Below are positions 39,579 through 52,974 of a stretch of 64,000 nt of DNA, piece after piece. The notes beneath the pieces were generated by a model, which saw only the letters and a list, made by a program, of their open reading frames with translations, made no database searches and had not been told where the DNA came from. Where the stretch lies: assembly GCA_951406725.2 (NCBI GenBank), contig OX597836.1, positions 9,920,001-9,984,000 of the forward strand, given 5' to 3'. A program made the translations under genes and the position numbers. Source of the DNA: Octopus vulgaris. Lineage: Eukaryota. Within the stretch, counting starts at the first letter, position 1. Every line of letters begins with the position of its first letter.

Positions 39579-40018
39579 TGCACAAATGCACATACATGCA
39601 TGTTTATTTTGTAACTCTCCATTGCTGAATTCAAATACTCTCCTAAGTGTGTACCTTTCAGACATCTGTAATTAGGAGCTACACAAAAGCACAAGACCTC
39701 ATGCAGTGGCCCTGACATTCATTTCCTGTTTTGTGAAAACAACTTTAACCCCTTTATCTGAGCAGATTTCTAACATGCTGACTTTTCATATTTTCTATCG
39801 GTTTATTTTCCAATACAATCAAGATTTTAGAAATGTTTCGTAAAATACCTCTCATTTTATTTATACGTTAGGTGTGGCTGTGTGGTCGAGAAGTTGGCTT
39901 CCCAACCACATGGTTCTGGGTTCAGTCCCATTGCACAGCACTTTGGGCAAGTGTCTTCTATTAAAGCCCTGGACTGTACAAGGCCTTGAACAGATTTGAT
40001 AGATACATACACTATATT

Positions 40019-41176
40019 CTCTTTTACTCTTTTACTTGTTTCAGTCATTTGACTGCCGCCATGCTGGAGCACCGCCTTTAATCGAGCAACTCGACCCCGG
40101 GACTTATTCTTTTGTAAGCCCAGTACTTATTCTATCGGTCTCTTTTGCCGAACCGCTAAGTGACGACGACGTAAACACACCAGCATCGGTTGTCAAGCAA
40201 TACTAAGGGGACAAACACAGACACACAAACACACACACGCATATATATATATATACATACATACGACAGGCTTCTTTCAGTTTCCGTCTACCAAATCCAC
40301 TCACAAGGCATTGGTCGGCCCAAGGCTATAGCAGAAGACACTTGCCCAAGATGCCACGCAGTGGGACTGAACCCGGAACCATGTGGTTGGTTAGCAAGCT
40401 ACTTACCACACAGCCACTCCTGTGCCTATATATAAAAATATATATATATATTTTTTTTCTTTCAGCCATACTGGAGCACTGCTTTTAGTCAAACAAATCG
40501 AGCCCAGGACTTATTCTTTTGTAAAGCCTAGTACTTATTCTATCGATATCTTTTGCTGAGCCGCTAAGTTATGGGGACATAAACACACCAACATCAGTTG
40601 TCAAATGATGGGGTGGGGGTACAAACACAGGCAAACATATATATATATATGTATATATGATGAGCTTCTTTCAGTTTCCATCCACCAAATCCACCCGCAA
40701 AGCTTTGGTTGGCCCGAGGCTATAGCAGAAGACACTTGCCCAAGGCTCCACACAGTGGGACCGAACGCGGAACCATGTGGTTGGTAAACAAGCTACTTAC
40801 CACACAGCCACTCCTGCACCATTGTGTCTTTTTGTTTTTTTGGTGTGGCTGTGTGGTAAGAAGTTTGCTTACAAACCACATGCTTCTGGGTTCAGTCCCA
40901 CTGCGTGGTACCTTTGGCAATTGTCTTCTACTATAGCCTCAGGCCAACCAAAGCATCATGAGTGGATATTGTAGATGGAAACTGAAAAAAGCCTGACAAC
41001 CAGTGTTGGAATATTTACGTCCCTGTAACTTAGCAGTTCAGCAAAAGAGAAGAACAGAATAAGTACTAGGCTTAAAAAGTAAATCCTGGGGTCGATTTGT
41101 TTGACTAAAACTTTTCAAGGTGGTGCTCCAGCATGGTCACAGTCAAATGACAGAAACAAGTAAAAGAATAAGAGAA
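40019..41176. mobile_element. Cluster of three SINE-A copies (minus 40019-40426, minus ~40460-40820, plus 40842-41176)
   Basis: Family A consensus; the last two are head-to-head with a ~21-nt spacer. Confidence 0.85.
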
Positions 41177-41570
41177 TACAATGTATCTAGAACCACATCT
41201 TCCAAAGCGTCCCTTTTGCATTTCAAGATTGCAAAGCACGATTTGAATAAGTGGTTATTTCTAGCAGGTTAAATGACTATGTAGAGATTCCTTTGTTGGA
41301 TACTAACTATCTGGAATGACATGTTTTAACGAGATTTTAATTAAAATATGAACACTATCGGTGTCAGTGGTCTCAGGTGGATTTGCATTAGAAAAAAATG
41401 TTAATCATCAAAAATCTAATACCAATAAACGGTTTTGCGATTCCATTCCCATTCCCTGTAGCACGTCAATAACACAGTTGGATATACACGAACAGTAAAA
41501 GCCATTTCTGATAAAATATGATTCAGAGACAAACCAGTAAACACAGAAACATATCAGGAAAAGGGTTTAA

Positions 41571-41775
41571 CCCTTTTGATACCAACCCAGTTGAAACCGT
41601 ACCCGGCTCTGTAGTACAAATGTCTTGTTTTCAAAAGTTCTGAAACCTTAGTCACAATTTATGTTCCTAATACTAGCTTAATTATAACCAAATTATTTTA
41701 CTAAAAGCTTTGTTATATTTAAAATTAATTGAAAGAAACACACAGCATCTCAACAGAAATATGGTAACAAAAGGG
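41571..41775. mobile_element. piggyBac-like MITE
   Basis: TTAA TSDs; 14-bp TIRs CCCTTTTGWTACCA. Confidence 0.85.
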
Positions 41776-41939
41776 TTAAAGAATTATCTTTTGTGTTTCA
41801 CTTGTTTATGTCACTGGGTTGTGGCCATGTTGGGGCACTGCATTGAAGGGTTTAGTTGAGCAAATTGACTACGGTACATATTCTTTTAAGCCTTGCATTC
41901 TTTCTATTGAACCCCTTTTTGCTAAACTGAAAAATAATA

Positions 41940-42448
41940 CTGTAAATCCTTCAGTATGATACCTTGAGTATGATACGCAGGGGATTTTTAGGGGGCTGTA
42001 CCTCTGAAAAACCTAAACCTTGTGTATAATACGCATCCCTTCTCTAACTTGAGTCAAGGAGGTCTATATAACGTGCTTGGTTTGTAAAACTGTATACGGT
42101 GAAAACCGTTATTACTATTGTATATATAACATAATGCAAACGTGTGGCTTTTTTGTGCATTTTGTTTGCAGAAAATAGAAAAATAACAGTAATAACGTTT
42201 AATAAATGTTGCTTACTGCAAGTTATGGATGATTCTTTTATAACTTCATTGCTTTCAGGCTTAGCTTAAGGTATCTTCGCGCCCAACATCACAAAATGCG
42301 TCTGAATAAACATTGCCGGACAGCAAATAGAGACTCAGACATTGCTTAGAAAATACTTTTCATTTTTAACCTCGTATATGGTACGCACTAAGGATTTTGA
42401 CCTTTAAATTTTGGGGAGAAAATGTGGATTATACATGAGGATTTACGG
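41940..42448. mobile_element. Tc1/mariner-superfamily (pogo/Tigger-like) non-autonomous element
   Basis: TA TSDs; imperfect ~21-bp TIRs CYGTAAATCCT..GTATRAT; internal repeats of GTATRATACGCA. Confidence 0.7.
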
Positions 42449-42754
42449 TAATAATCCTTTCTATTATAGGCACAAGACCAGCAATTTCAGGGGACAGGGT
42501 AAGTTGATTAGATCAACCCCAGTGTTTGGCTGTGCATATTTTGACGCCAAAAGGATGAAAGGCAAAGTCAACCCCAGTAGAATTTGAACTGGGAACAAAG
42601 ATGAACAAAATGGTTAAAAGCATTTTGCCTGGCGCTGGCATGCTCACGATTCTGCCAGCTCACTGCCATAATAATAATAATAATAATAATTGTTTGTATT
42701 GTTGTACAGGCATACATTCATAAAAGAAGAATACAGATGATTTAATTGATTTCC

Positions 42755-43110
42755 CTCATAGGATCGCGGTTTCGATTCCCAGACCGGGCGTTGTGAGTGT
42801 TTATTGAGCGAAAACACCTAAAGCTCCACGAGGCTCCAGCAGGGGATGGTGGTGATCCCTGCTGTACTCTTTCACCACAACTTTCTCTCACTCTTACTTC
42901 CTGTTTCTGTTGTACCTGTATTTCAAAGGGCCGGCCTTGTCACTCTCTGTGTCACGCTGAATATCCCCGAGAACTGCGTTAAGGGTACACGTGTCTGTGG
43001 AGTGCTCAGCCACTTACACGTTAATTTCACGAGCAGGCTGTTTCGTTGATTCAGATCAACCGGAACCCTCGTCGTCGCAACCGACGGAGTGCTTCCAGTT
43101 TCCAGTTTCC
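42755..43110 (+). mobile_element. SINE family C, 5'-truncated, with 22-bp TSD
   Basis: ACAGATGATTTAATTGATTTCC at 42733-42754 and 43111-43132; homologous to 17836-18223. Confidence 0.87.
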
Positions 43111-43457
43111 ACAGATGATTTAATTGATTTCCAGCAATATGAAACTGGTTTTTATATTATCAAGTCCTGCCGCAGAATTTAAAAAAATAAAAGTTTACCT
43201 CCACTAGATTTGAACTCTGAACTTAAAACAATATAACTAAATACTACCAAACACTTAATGCAACCCACTACCACTTCCGCCACCGATTTACCTTCCACAT
43301 AATTAAAGACTAATTAATTCATTAATGTATGAATTAACCAATAACAAAGTCTTCTACTAGCTGGAAGGTTAAGATTTCGTCAATACAGATTCATTGATGT
43401 TAATTGTGGTTTGCGACCAAGATGGAATGAACGATAAAATAAGAGGTGAGATGTGTG

Positions 43458-43490
<33 letters not shown>

Positions 43491-43496
43491 ACATTT

Positions 43497-44376
43497 ATAT
43501 GCTAACAGCTAAGCTGCATAGCAGTGAAACATGGGCTATGACAGCTGAGGACAAGCATAGGCTTGAAAGAAATGAAACCAGTATGCGTCACTGGACATGC
43601 AATGTCAGTGTGCATGTATGAGAGAGTGTAAACATCTTGAGACAGATGTTAGGCATAAGAGGAACCAGACGTGGTGTTCAAGAGAGATGACTGCACTGGT
43701 ATGATCATATGATGTGTATGGACAAAGAGAGTTGCGTGAAGAAGTGCTGATCTCTAACTGTGGAGGGAACCTGTGGTGGTGGTAGACCCAGGAAAACATG
43801 GGATGAGGTGGTGATGCATGATCTTTGAATTTTGAGCATCAAAGAGGCAATGATTGGTGACCAAGACCTTTGGAAATGTGCTGTGCTTGAGAAGACCCGG
43901 CAAGCCAAGAGCACTCATGCTGGTGACATGTAAAAAACATCTTTTGAACGTTGGGCCCCTCGGAGGCAAAGTGGCTGAGTTCCTTTCTAGTATTGGGCCT
44001 CACGGATGCAAAGTGGGTGAGTTCCTTTTGAGTGTTGGGCCTCATGGAGGCAATGACCAAGACCTTTGGCATTATGTTGAGCTTGAGAAGAAGACCCATC
44101 AAACTGAACAAAATCGCAGTCATGGAAGATATCGGTGTCACGCAAAATGGCACCTGCGCCGATGGCACATAAATGTACCCTGGTGTCATGCAAATGGCAC
44201 CCGTGCCAGTGGCATGTAGAGCACCCATTACACTCTCAGAGTGGCTGGCATTAGGAAGGGCATCCAGCTGTAGAAAACCATGCCAAATCAGGCTGGAGTC
44301 TAGTGCAGCCTTCCAGCACATTAACCCAGTCAAACTGTCCAACCCATGAACAACAGATGTATGATGACGATGATGA
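43497..44376 (+). mobile_element. Decayed RTE-clade LINE 3' end (same family as 29870-30547)
   Basis: LHSSETWAMTAEDKHRLERNETSMRHWTCNVS..GRPRKTWDEVV.., then 3' UTR and (GAT)n tail. Confidence 0.82.
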
Positions 44377-44589
44377 TATATATATATATATATATATCCA
44401 AAATTAGGGGATCATCATCATCATCATCACTTAGCGTCCGCTTTCCATGCTAGCATGGGTTGGACGGTTCAACTGGGATCTGTGAAGCCAGAAGGCTGCA
44501 TCAGGCCCAGTGTTGATTTGATTTTGATTCTCACTTGCCTCAACGGGTCTTCACAAGTGGAGTTTTGTGGCCCAAGAAGGAAAGGTATG

Positions 44590-44986
44590 TATAAGTAGCT
44601 TGCTTACCAACCACATGGTTCCAGGTTCAGTCCCACTGCGTGGCATCTTGGGCAAGTGTCTTCTACTATAGCCTCGGGCCGACCAAAGCCTTGTGAGTAG
44701 ATTTGGTAGACGGAAACTGAAAGAAGCCCGTTGTATATATATATATATATGTATATATATGCGTGTGTGTGTTTGTGTGTCTGTGTTTGTCCCCCTAGCA
44801 TTGCTTAACAACCGATGCTGGTGTGTTTACATCCCCATCACTTAGCGGTTCAGCAAAAGAGGCTGATAGAATAAGTACTGGGCTTACAAAAATAAGTCCT
44901 GGGGTCGATTTGCTCGACTAAAGGCGGTGCTCCAGCATGGCCGCAGTCAAATGACTGAAACAAGTAAAAGAGAGAGTAAAAGAGTA
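44590..44986 (+). mobile_element. SINE family A, slightly 5'-truncated
   Basis: Family A consensus starting at AAGTAGCTTGCTTACC. Confidence 0.87.
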
Positions 44987-45504
44987 ATATATCATCATCA
45001 TCATCATTGTTTAACGTCCGTCTTCCATGCTAGCATAGGTGGAACGGTCTGACAAGAGCCGGCCAGGCAGGCGCATCCACCAGACTTCTTTGGCAAAGTT
45101 TTTACAGCTGGATGTTCTTCCAAACACCAACCATTTTACAGTGTGGGCTGGGTGCTTTTAGGTGGCACCTGCACTGACAGGGTCACCAAGTACTTGCAAG
45201 ACTATATTATATATAATATATATTAAGAAACAGGAAGAAAGAGTGAGATAAAGTTGGGGCGAAAGAGTACAACAGGGGTTGCCACCACCCCCTGCCGGAA
45301 CATCATGGAGCTTTAGGTGTTTTCGTTCAATAAACACACACAACACCTGGTCTGGGAGTTGAAACCGCGATCCTCCGACCGCGAGTCCACTGCCCTAACC
45401 ACTGGGCCATTGTGCCTCCAATCTTTAATTATATGGAAGGTAAATTGGTAAAGGAGGTGGTAGTGGGTTGGGTTAAGCGGTTGGTAGTATTTAGTTACAT
45501 CAAA

Positions 45505-45733
45505 GGCAGCGACTGTCAGAACATTAGCATGCCAGGCGAAATGCTTAGCGGTATTTCGTCTGCCGCTACGTTCTGAGTTCAAATTCTGCCGAGGTCAACT
45601 TTGCCTTTCATCCTTTTGGGGTCGATAAATTAAGTACCAGTTACGCACTGGGGTCGATATAATCGACTTAATCCGTTTGTCTGTCCTTGTTTGTCCTCTC
45701 AGTGTTTAGCCCCTTGTGGGTAGTAAAGAAATA
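45505..45733 (+). mobile_element. SINE family B with 16-bp TSD
   Basis: AGTATTTAGTTAYATC at 45486-45501 and 45734-45749. Confidence 0.85.
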
Positions 45734-45809
45734 AGTATTTAGTTATATCGGTTTAAGTTCAGAGTTCAAACTCATTGGAGGTGAACTTTTAGATAATGAG
45801 TTCGTTAAA

Positions 45810-46275
45810 AAAAAAGTCAAACTCGTTATCTTCAATTCAGGTTTTCATGTTTATCCACATTTATGGTCATGAACGATGGGTAATGACCGAAAGGGTACAA
45901 TTGCGAATACAGGTGGCAAAAATGGGGTTTCTCCAAAGGATGCTTAGAGTAATGTTATTGAAGAAGGTGCATAGCTTGAAGATCAAGGAGTCTCTCAAAG
46001 TCAAGTTGTTATTTCTCTGCATTGGGAAACCACAGCTCTGGCAAAATGGACATGATCTGAAAGTCTCAGGAAAGAGTCACAAGACAGATTCTTAAAGCTA
46101 AGCCAACAGCAAGAGACCGGCAGTAGACCAAGAATGTAATGGTTGGGTAATGACTATCATCTTGGTTGGTCATGCCTGGAAATCCAGCAACAGAGTGCAA
46201 TAACAGTTGCTTCTGTTAGGTCTCTATGGAGGAGTTGCCCGAGGGGTATACACTCCATGACCCTCTCTCAGGAAT
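45810..46275 (+). mobile_element. Decayed Rex3/Expander-like RTE LINE C-terminal fragment
   Basis: YGHERWVMTERVQLRIQVAKMGFLQRM..IKESLKVKLLFLCIGKPQLWQNGH resembles the Rex3 motif YGHELWVMTER..IQAAEM.FLRR (from memory). Confidence 0.7.
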
Positions 46276-46466
46276 AGTAGACAGAAAAGATGGATGGTTG
46301 GAGATGTGTTCCATCATAAAGGGCCAACCTGTGCATAAAAGAAGAAAAGATACATATTGGGAGGTGAGGTGCTGACATATTCTTTAAATCTTTTACTTGT
46401 TTCAGTCATCTGATTGTGGCTATGCTGGAGCACTGCTTTAAAGAGTTTTAGTCAAACATATTGACA

Positions 46467-46698
46467 GGCGGCGAGCTGGGCAGAAACGTTAGCACGCTGG
46501 GCGAAATGCTTAGCGGTATTTCGTCTGTCGCTATGTTCTGAGTTCAAATTCCGCCGAGGTCGACTTTGCCTTTCATCCTTTCGGGGTCGATTAATTAAGT
46601 ACCAGTTATGCACTGGGGTCGATGTAATCGACTTGATCCGTTTGTCTGTCCTTGTTTGTCCCCTCTATGTTTAGCCCCTTGTGGGCAATAAAGAAATA
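46467..46698 (+). mobile_element. SINE family B inserted inside an older minus-strand SINE-A (~46390-47003)
   Basis: Family B consensus flanked by the two halves of a SINE-A. Confidence 0.82.
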
Positions 46699-47189
46699 GT
46701 TTTTTAAGCCTAGTACTTACTATATCAGCTCCTTTTGCTGAACCACTAAGTTGCAGGGACATAACCACACCAACATCAGTTGTCAAGCAGTGATAGGGGT
46801 ACAAAGAGAGGCATAAAGACAGACACATAGATAGATTATATATATACAATGGGCTTCTTTCAGTTTCTGTCTACCATCATAAGGCTTTGGTCGACCTGAG
46901 GCTATAGTGAAAAAGGCACTTGCCCAAGTTGCCATGCAGTGGGACTGAACCTGTAACCATGTGGTTGGGAAGTAAGCAGTTTACCACACAGCCACTCCTG
47001 CACCTGTCTGTATATTAGACTTCAGAGACACTAAACCAGTGACAGACTTGCTGATAGGAGAAATAACGACGACATCACTGCTGGTAGATTAAGATTTTTT
47101 GGAGAAGCAAACGTAATTAAACACACATAAGTATCAGCATCATCATCATCATCATCATTTTAACAACCATTTTTCCATACTTGCATGGT

Positions 47190-47716
47190 CATACATACAC
47201 ACATACATGTACACACACATATACATACATACACAAACATATAAACACATACATACAGTAATATAAACATACATATACATATATATACATATACACATAT
47301 ATACATATATATAAATATACACATACACATATATATACACATACACATATATATACACATACACATATATATACACATACACATATATATACACATACAC
47401 ATATATATACACATACACATATATATACACATACACATATATATACACATACACATATATATATATACATATACACATACATATACACATATATATACAC
47501 ATACATATATATACACATACATACATACACATACACATATATACATATACACACATACACATATATATACATATACACACATACACATACACATATATAT
47601 ACACATACACATTTATATACATATATACATATACACATATATATACACATACACATATACATACACGTTTATATACATACACATATATATACACATACAC
47701 ATTTATATACATACAC

Positions 47717-47750
<34 letters not shown>

Positions 47751-47778
47751 ATACATATATATACACATACACACACAC

Positions 47779-47811
<33 letters not shown>

Positions 47812-47870
47812 TATATATATACACATACATATATTTGTACACACACACACACATACATATATATATTTGT

Positions 47871-47901
<31 letters not shown>

Positions 47902-47904
47902 CAT

Positions 47905-47935
<31 letters not shown>

Positions 47936-47975
47936 CATACACACATACATATACACACACACACACGTATATGTG
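47190..47975. repeat. CA/TA microsatellite mosaic with an 18-bp subunit
   Basis: Runs of TACACATACACATATATA. Confidence 0.92.
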
Positions 47976-48189
47976 TGCCTACATAGGTTTGACAACAAAA
48001 ATAAAATTGATAAGTGCCAAGCTCGAAACTCTTGGCACTTCAATCACTTTCATAATTTTCTGCCAATTAGAATTACAAGTGTGTGTGTATGTATGTGTGT
48101 GTCTATACACAGACCCAGGCACAGAACCCTACATATACATCTATCAATAGATATTTCAAAATGTGTGTGTGTGTGTGTGTGTGTGTGTA

Positions 48190-48409
48190 CGGGAGGGTGC
48201 TGAAAGGTTCCTGGCTTTAAGGGACTCACGAAAGGCCTGGTTGGAAGCCCAGCCTTCCGAGTTCTTTTAGAAGCCTTATTAAAATCTGAAGGGCCGTTGC
48301 AATAAGTGTGTGAATATGAGAAAGGGAATATGTTGGATAAAATCATAATTAGCTGACCTTCCTGTATTTTTTTTTAACCCTAACCCAGGGGCTTTTCAGG
48401 ACCCCCTTG
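48190..48409 (+). mobile_element. Short mariner deletion derivative retaining the transposase C-terminal end
   Basis: Imperfect TIRs CGGGAGGGTGCTGAAAGG / CTTTTCAGGACCCCCTTG with TA on the left; internal frameshifted GRCNKCVNMR.EYVG* resembles the mariner RW.KCV...G.YVE* terminus. Confidence 0.65.
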
Positions 48410-48559
48410 TGTGTGTGTGTGTGTGTGGACGTCGCCTTTCATCCTTTCGGGGTCGATAAATAAAGTACCAGTTTCGCACTGGGGTCGATGTAATCGACTT
48501 AATCCCTTTGTCTGTCCTTGTTTGTCCCCTCTATGTTTAGCCCCTTGTGGGCAGTAAAG

Positions 48560-48594
<35 letters not shown>

Positions 48595-48799
48595 TACATA
48601 CACATTGCACGCGCGAATAGAGATGCAACTATACACACATCTATGTAAATACATACACACGACACACATTCATACAATTATACATACCTACACACACATA
48701 CACACACATATATATACATCCTATATAGATATACAGACACACATACACAAACACACATACATAAAATTAAGGTGCATTATATACCGTTACCTTTACAAT

Positions 48800-48837
<38 letters not shown>

Positions 48838-48967
48838 CACACACACATACACACATACACACACACACACACATATATATACATCCTATACAGATATACA
48901 GACACACATACACAAACACACATACATAAAATTAAGGTGCATTATATACAGTTACCTTTACAATCAG

Positions 48968-49026
<59 letters not shown>

Positions 49027-49635
49027 CATACATACATACATACATACACACACACATATATAAATATATGGAATAGAAATAAATTAAATTCAGGTAGCAT
49101 TCATGAAATGGTGTGCCGTCTTTTTAAGGAAGCATACATCCAAAATGACGTATGGGTTGGCAACAAGTCACAGTAAAAGCCGTTGTCTTTCATAAGAATT
49201 CATGTAATTTAATAAGCAGGACATGCTGTTAGCACTCCTACTAATGACCGACCGCGGGTTATATAATAATAATAATGATAATAATAATAATAATAATAAT
49301 AATGAGGATAATAATAAGGATAATAATAATAAGGGTGGTAATAATAATGATTTGGTATAATGATTGGGTTTTATTTGATTTTTAATTTTTTTCCCCCTCT
49401 ATTTTCCAGCCCAAATTGTAGGTGTGTATATATGTGTGTGTATAGGTATGTAGGTATGTATGTATGTGTAAATATGCGTGATTGTGAGTATATGTATGTT
49501 TGTGCTTGTTTGTGGTGTGTGGATGTATATATGCATATGTCAATGTGTAGATATACGTATAAATTTACCTGTTATATATGTATATATGAGAGAGAGAGGG
49601 GTGCATGTATGTGTTATATATATGTATATATATAT

Positions 49636-50070
49636 AGGTAGATAGATAGATAGATAGATAGGTAGATAGGTAGATAGATAGGTAGGTAGATAGATAGGTA
49701 GATAGATAGGTAGATAGATAGATAGGTAGATAGATAGGTAGATAGATAGGTAGATAGATAGATAGGTAGGTAGATAGATAGGTAGGTAGATAGATAGGTA
49801 GGTAGATAGATAGGTAGATAGAGAGAAAGATAGATAGGTAGATAGATAGATAGGTAGATAGATAGATAGATAGATAGATAGGTAGGAGTAGGTAGATAGA
49901 TAGTAGATAGATAGATAGGTAGATAGATAGATAGTAGATAGATAGGTAGATAGATAGATAGGTAGATAGATAGGTAGATAGGTAGATAGATAGATAGGTA
50001 GATAGATAGATAGGTAGGTAGATAGATAGGTAGATAGATAGATAGGTAGATAGATAAATAGATAGATCTA
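49636..50070. repeat. (TAGA/TAGG)n tetranucleotide repeat
   Basis: Directly visible. Confidence 0.95.
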
Positions 50071-50319
50071 GATGCATGTGTGTGTGTATATATATATAAT
50101 GTGTGTGTATATGTGGATGTCAACATGCGGATGTGTGTTTTTGTGTGTGTGTGCGTAGGTATGTGTATTTATATATCTAGATGTGTGTATATGTGTGTGT
50201 AAATGTGTGTCAGTGTGCAGATGTATGTTTATGTCTGTGTGTAGATATATCTAAATGCTTGTATGTATGTGTGTGTGTGTGTGTGTCGATGTGCAGACGT
50301 GTGTGTGTGTGTTTGCGTG

Positions 50320-50368
<49 letters not shown>

Positions 50369-51154
50369 TGTTTTTCCTTGTGCTTTTCTTTCGACTTACA
50401 CATATATATACACACACAGACATACCTACACATATATATATACACACATATATATATATATACACACACAGACATACCTATACATACACATATATATATA
50501 CACACACAGAGACACATATATATATATATATGCATACATTCGCACACACATTGATATCAAACTATACCAGTTACGCACTGGGGGTCGATGTAATCGACTT
50601 AATCCCTTTGTCTGTCCTCGTTTGTCCCCCTCTAATGTGTGTAGCCCCTTGTGGGCAATAAAGAAATATATATTGTCATTCATGCGTTGTTGTTGGTCGT
50701 TGGGGATCCTTTGCTAGTTTGAGAAAGGAATATCTGAAGCAACAATTAGGTTTTCGGTTTTGCTCAGCAGGGAGAGAGAGAGAGAGATGTTTGCTTTGTA
50801 ATACATAATAATGTAAGCTACAAGAACAGAACAGAACAGAACAGAACAGGTATATTGGCTCACTGACATTTTTGACATTAACATCAAAAATAAATAAGGT
50901 GAGAGGAAAGAATGAATGCGAAAGCAAACGAAGTAAACAGCCAGGCCTGAGATATAAACAAAACACTTGATATATATATATATATAGACACAGACACACA
51001 CAGAGACACTCGCGTGCATATACACCCACACACACAATATGTAAATAAATATATGTGTGTATAATTTATAACTGTGTTTTTGTTGGGGTTTTTTATTTGT
51101 TCTTTTTCGTCAACAACGTTAATTAAGATAAATTACTATACACACTGTTCATGA

Positions 51155-51810
51155 GTCATATATATATACATATATATACATACATATATAAACGTACACA
51201 CACAAACATATATACATACATATACACACCTATATATATATACATACACATATAAACATATATATACATACACATATAAACATATATATAGATACACACA
51301 TAAACATATATATACATACACACATAAACATATATATAGATACACACATAAACATATATATAGATACACACATAAACATATATATACATACACACATAAA
51401 CATATATATACATACACATATAAACATATATATACATACACATATAAACATATATATACATACATATACACACCTATATATACATAGACATACCTATACA
51501 TACACATATATATATATATACACACACAGACATACCTATACATACACATATATATATATACACACACACAGACATACCTATACATACACATATATATATA
51601 TATACACACACAGACATACCTATACATACACATATATATATATACACACACACATACCTATACATACACATATATATATATACACACACACATACCTATA
51701 CATACACATATATATATATATACACACACATACATATCTATACATACACACATATATATACACACACAGACATACCTATACATACACATATATATATACA
51801 CACACACAGA
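51155..51810. repeat. CA/TA-derived minisatellites
   Basis: Repeated CACATAAACATATATATA and CAGACATACCTATACATACACA units. Confidence 0.9.
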
Positions 51811-52057
51811 AGACACACATATATGCATACATTCGCACACATATTTATATACGAACACAAACATATAACTGGAGAAATGGTTGTATTGTATACACACACA
51901 CACGAGCACGCATATACACCAACATACAGTATGTGTATATATACATATATATAGATTTGTATATCTAAACAGATATGAGCCTTTTAGTGAATAACACGAG
52001 AGATTAAAACGAATTAAGATGCACTGTTGAGCTTATGTCACACATACACTAGATTAA

Positions 52058-52158
52058 TAGATAGATAGGTATATAGATAGATAGATAGATAGATAGATAG
52101 GTATATAGATAGATAGGTATATAGATAGATAGGTATATAGATAGATAGGTATATAGAC

Positions 52159-52209
<51 letters not shown>

Positions 52210-52510
52210 ATGATAGATAGACAGATAGATAGAATGATAGATAGACAGATAGATAGAATGATAGATAGACAGATAGATAGAATGATAGATAGAATGATAG
52301 ATAGAATGATAGATAGAATGATAGATAGATAGATAGATAGAATGATAGATAGACATATAGATAGATAGATAGAATGATAGATAGATAGATAGAATGATAG
52401 ATAGACATATAGATAGATATGTTTCTTTATTAGCCACACAGGGCTGCACACAGATAGAACAAATTACAAGGTAGAGAATGATAGATAGGTATATAGATAG
52501 ATAGATAGAT

Positions 52511-52544
<34 letters not shown>

Positions 52545-52580
52545 ATGATAGACAGACAGATAGATAGTGATAGGTAGATA
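52058..52580. repeat. (GATA)n repeat with GAAT/GACA variants
   Basis: Directly visible. Confidence 0.93.
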
Positions 52581-52820
52581 GAGGAGAGATGTATGTATGT
52601 ATGCGATGAATGTATTATTTATATTAAACAGCGGTGTTTATGAAAGAAGTCGGGGGAGTGTAAAGTGCTTTTTTTTTTTTGGTTTTAATATTCATTGCAC
52701 GAGGGCGGGGTCCACACACAAACAAACAAACCACTACAGAAATAAATGTCCAATGTGTATATAGTATTTTCATTACAAGAAATAATAATAATAATAATAG
52801 AAAAACTACGTAAAACTTAC

Positions 52821-52850
52821 CAGCAGTAAAGGTTGTAACGTGTTGGACAT
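52821..52850 (-). CDS. Candidate first coding exon (MSNTLQPLLL) of an unidentified minus-strand gene
   Basis: Minus strand AAAAC ATG TCC AAC ACG TTA CAA CCT TTA CTG CTG|GTAAGT: A at -3, consensus donor, phase 0. Preceded by unique UTR-like sequence and a long GA-rich tract. Confidence 0.4.
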
Positions 52851-52974
52851 GTTTTCCTATAGTAGTAAGTCAAATGACAAGACAGAATGTTCCGCCTGCC
52901 TTCCTTCCACAACAACAGGCTGAGTGCTCTACAGCAAGCTCTTCGGTAATGCCTGTCAGTCCGTCTGTCGCTTT

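Noticed and set aside
48707-48975. ~100-bp direct duplication between microsatellites
   Set aside because: Ordinary slippage-type local duplication; no sign of function.
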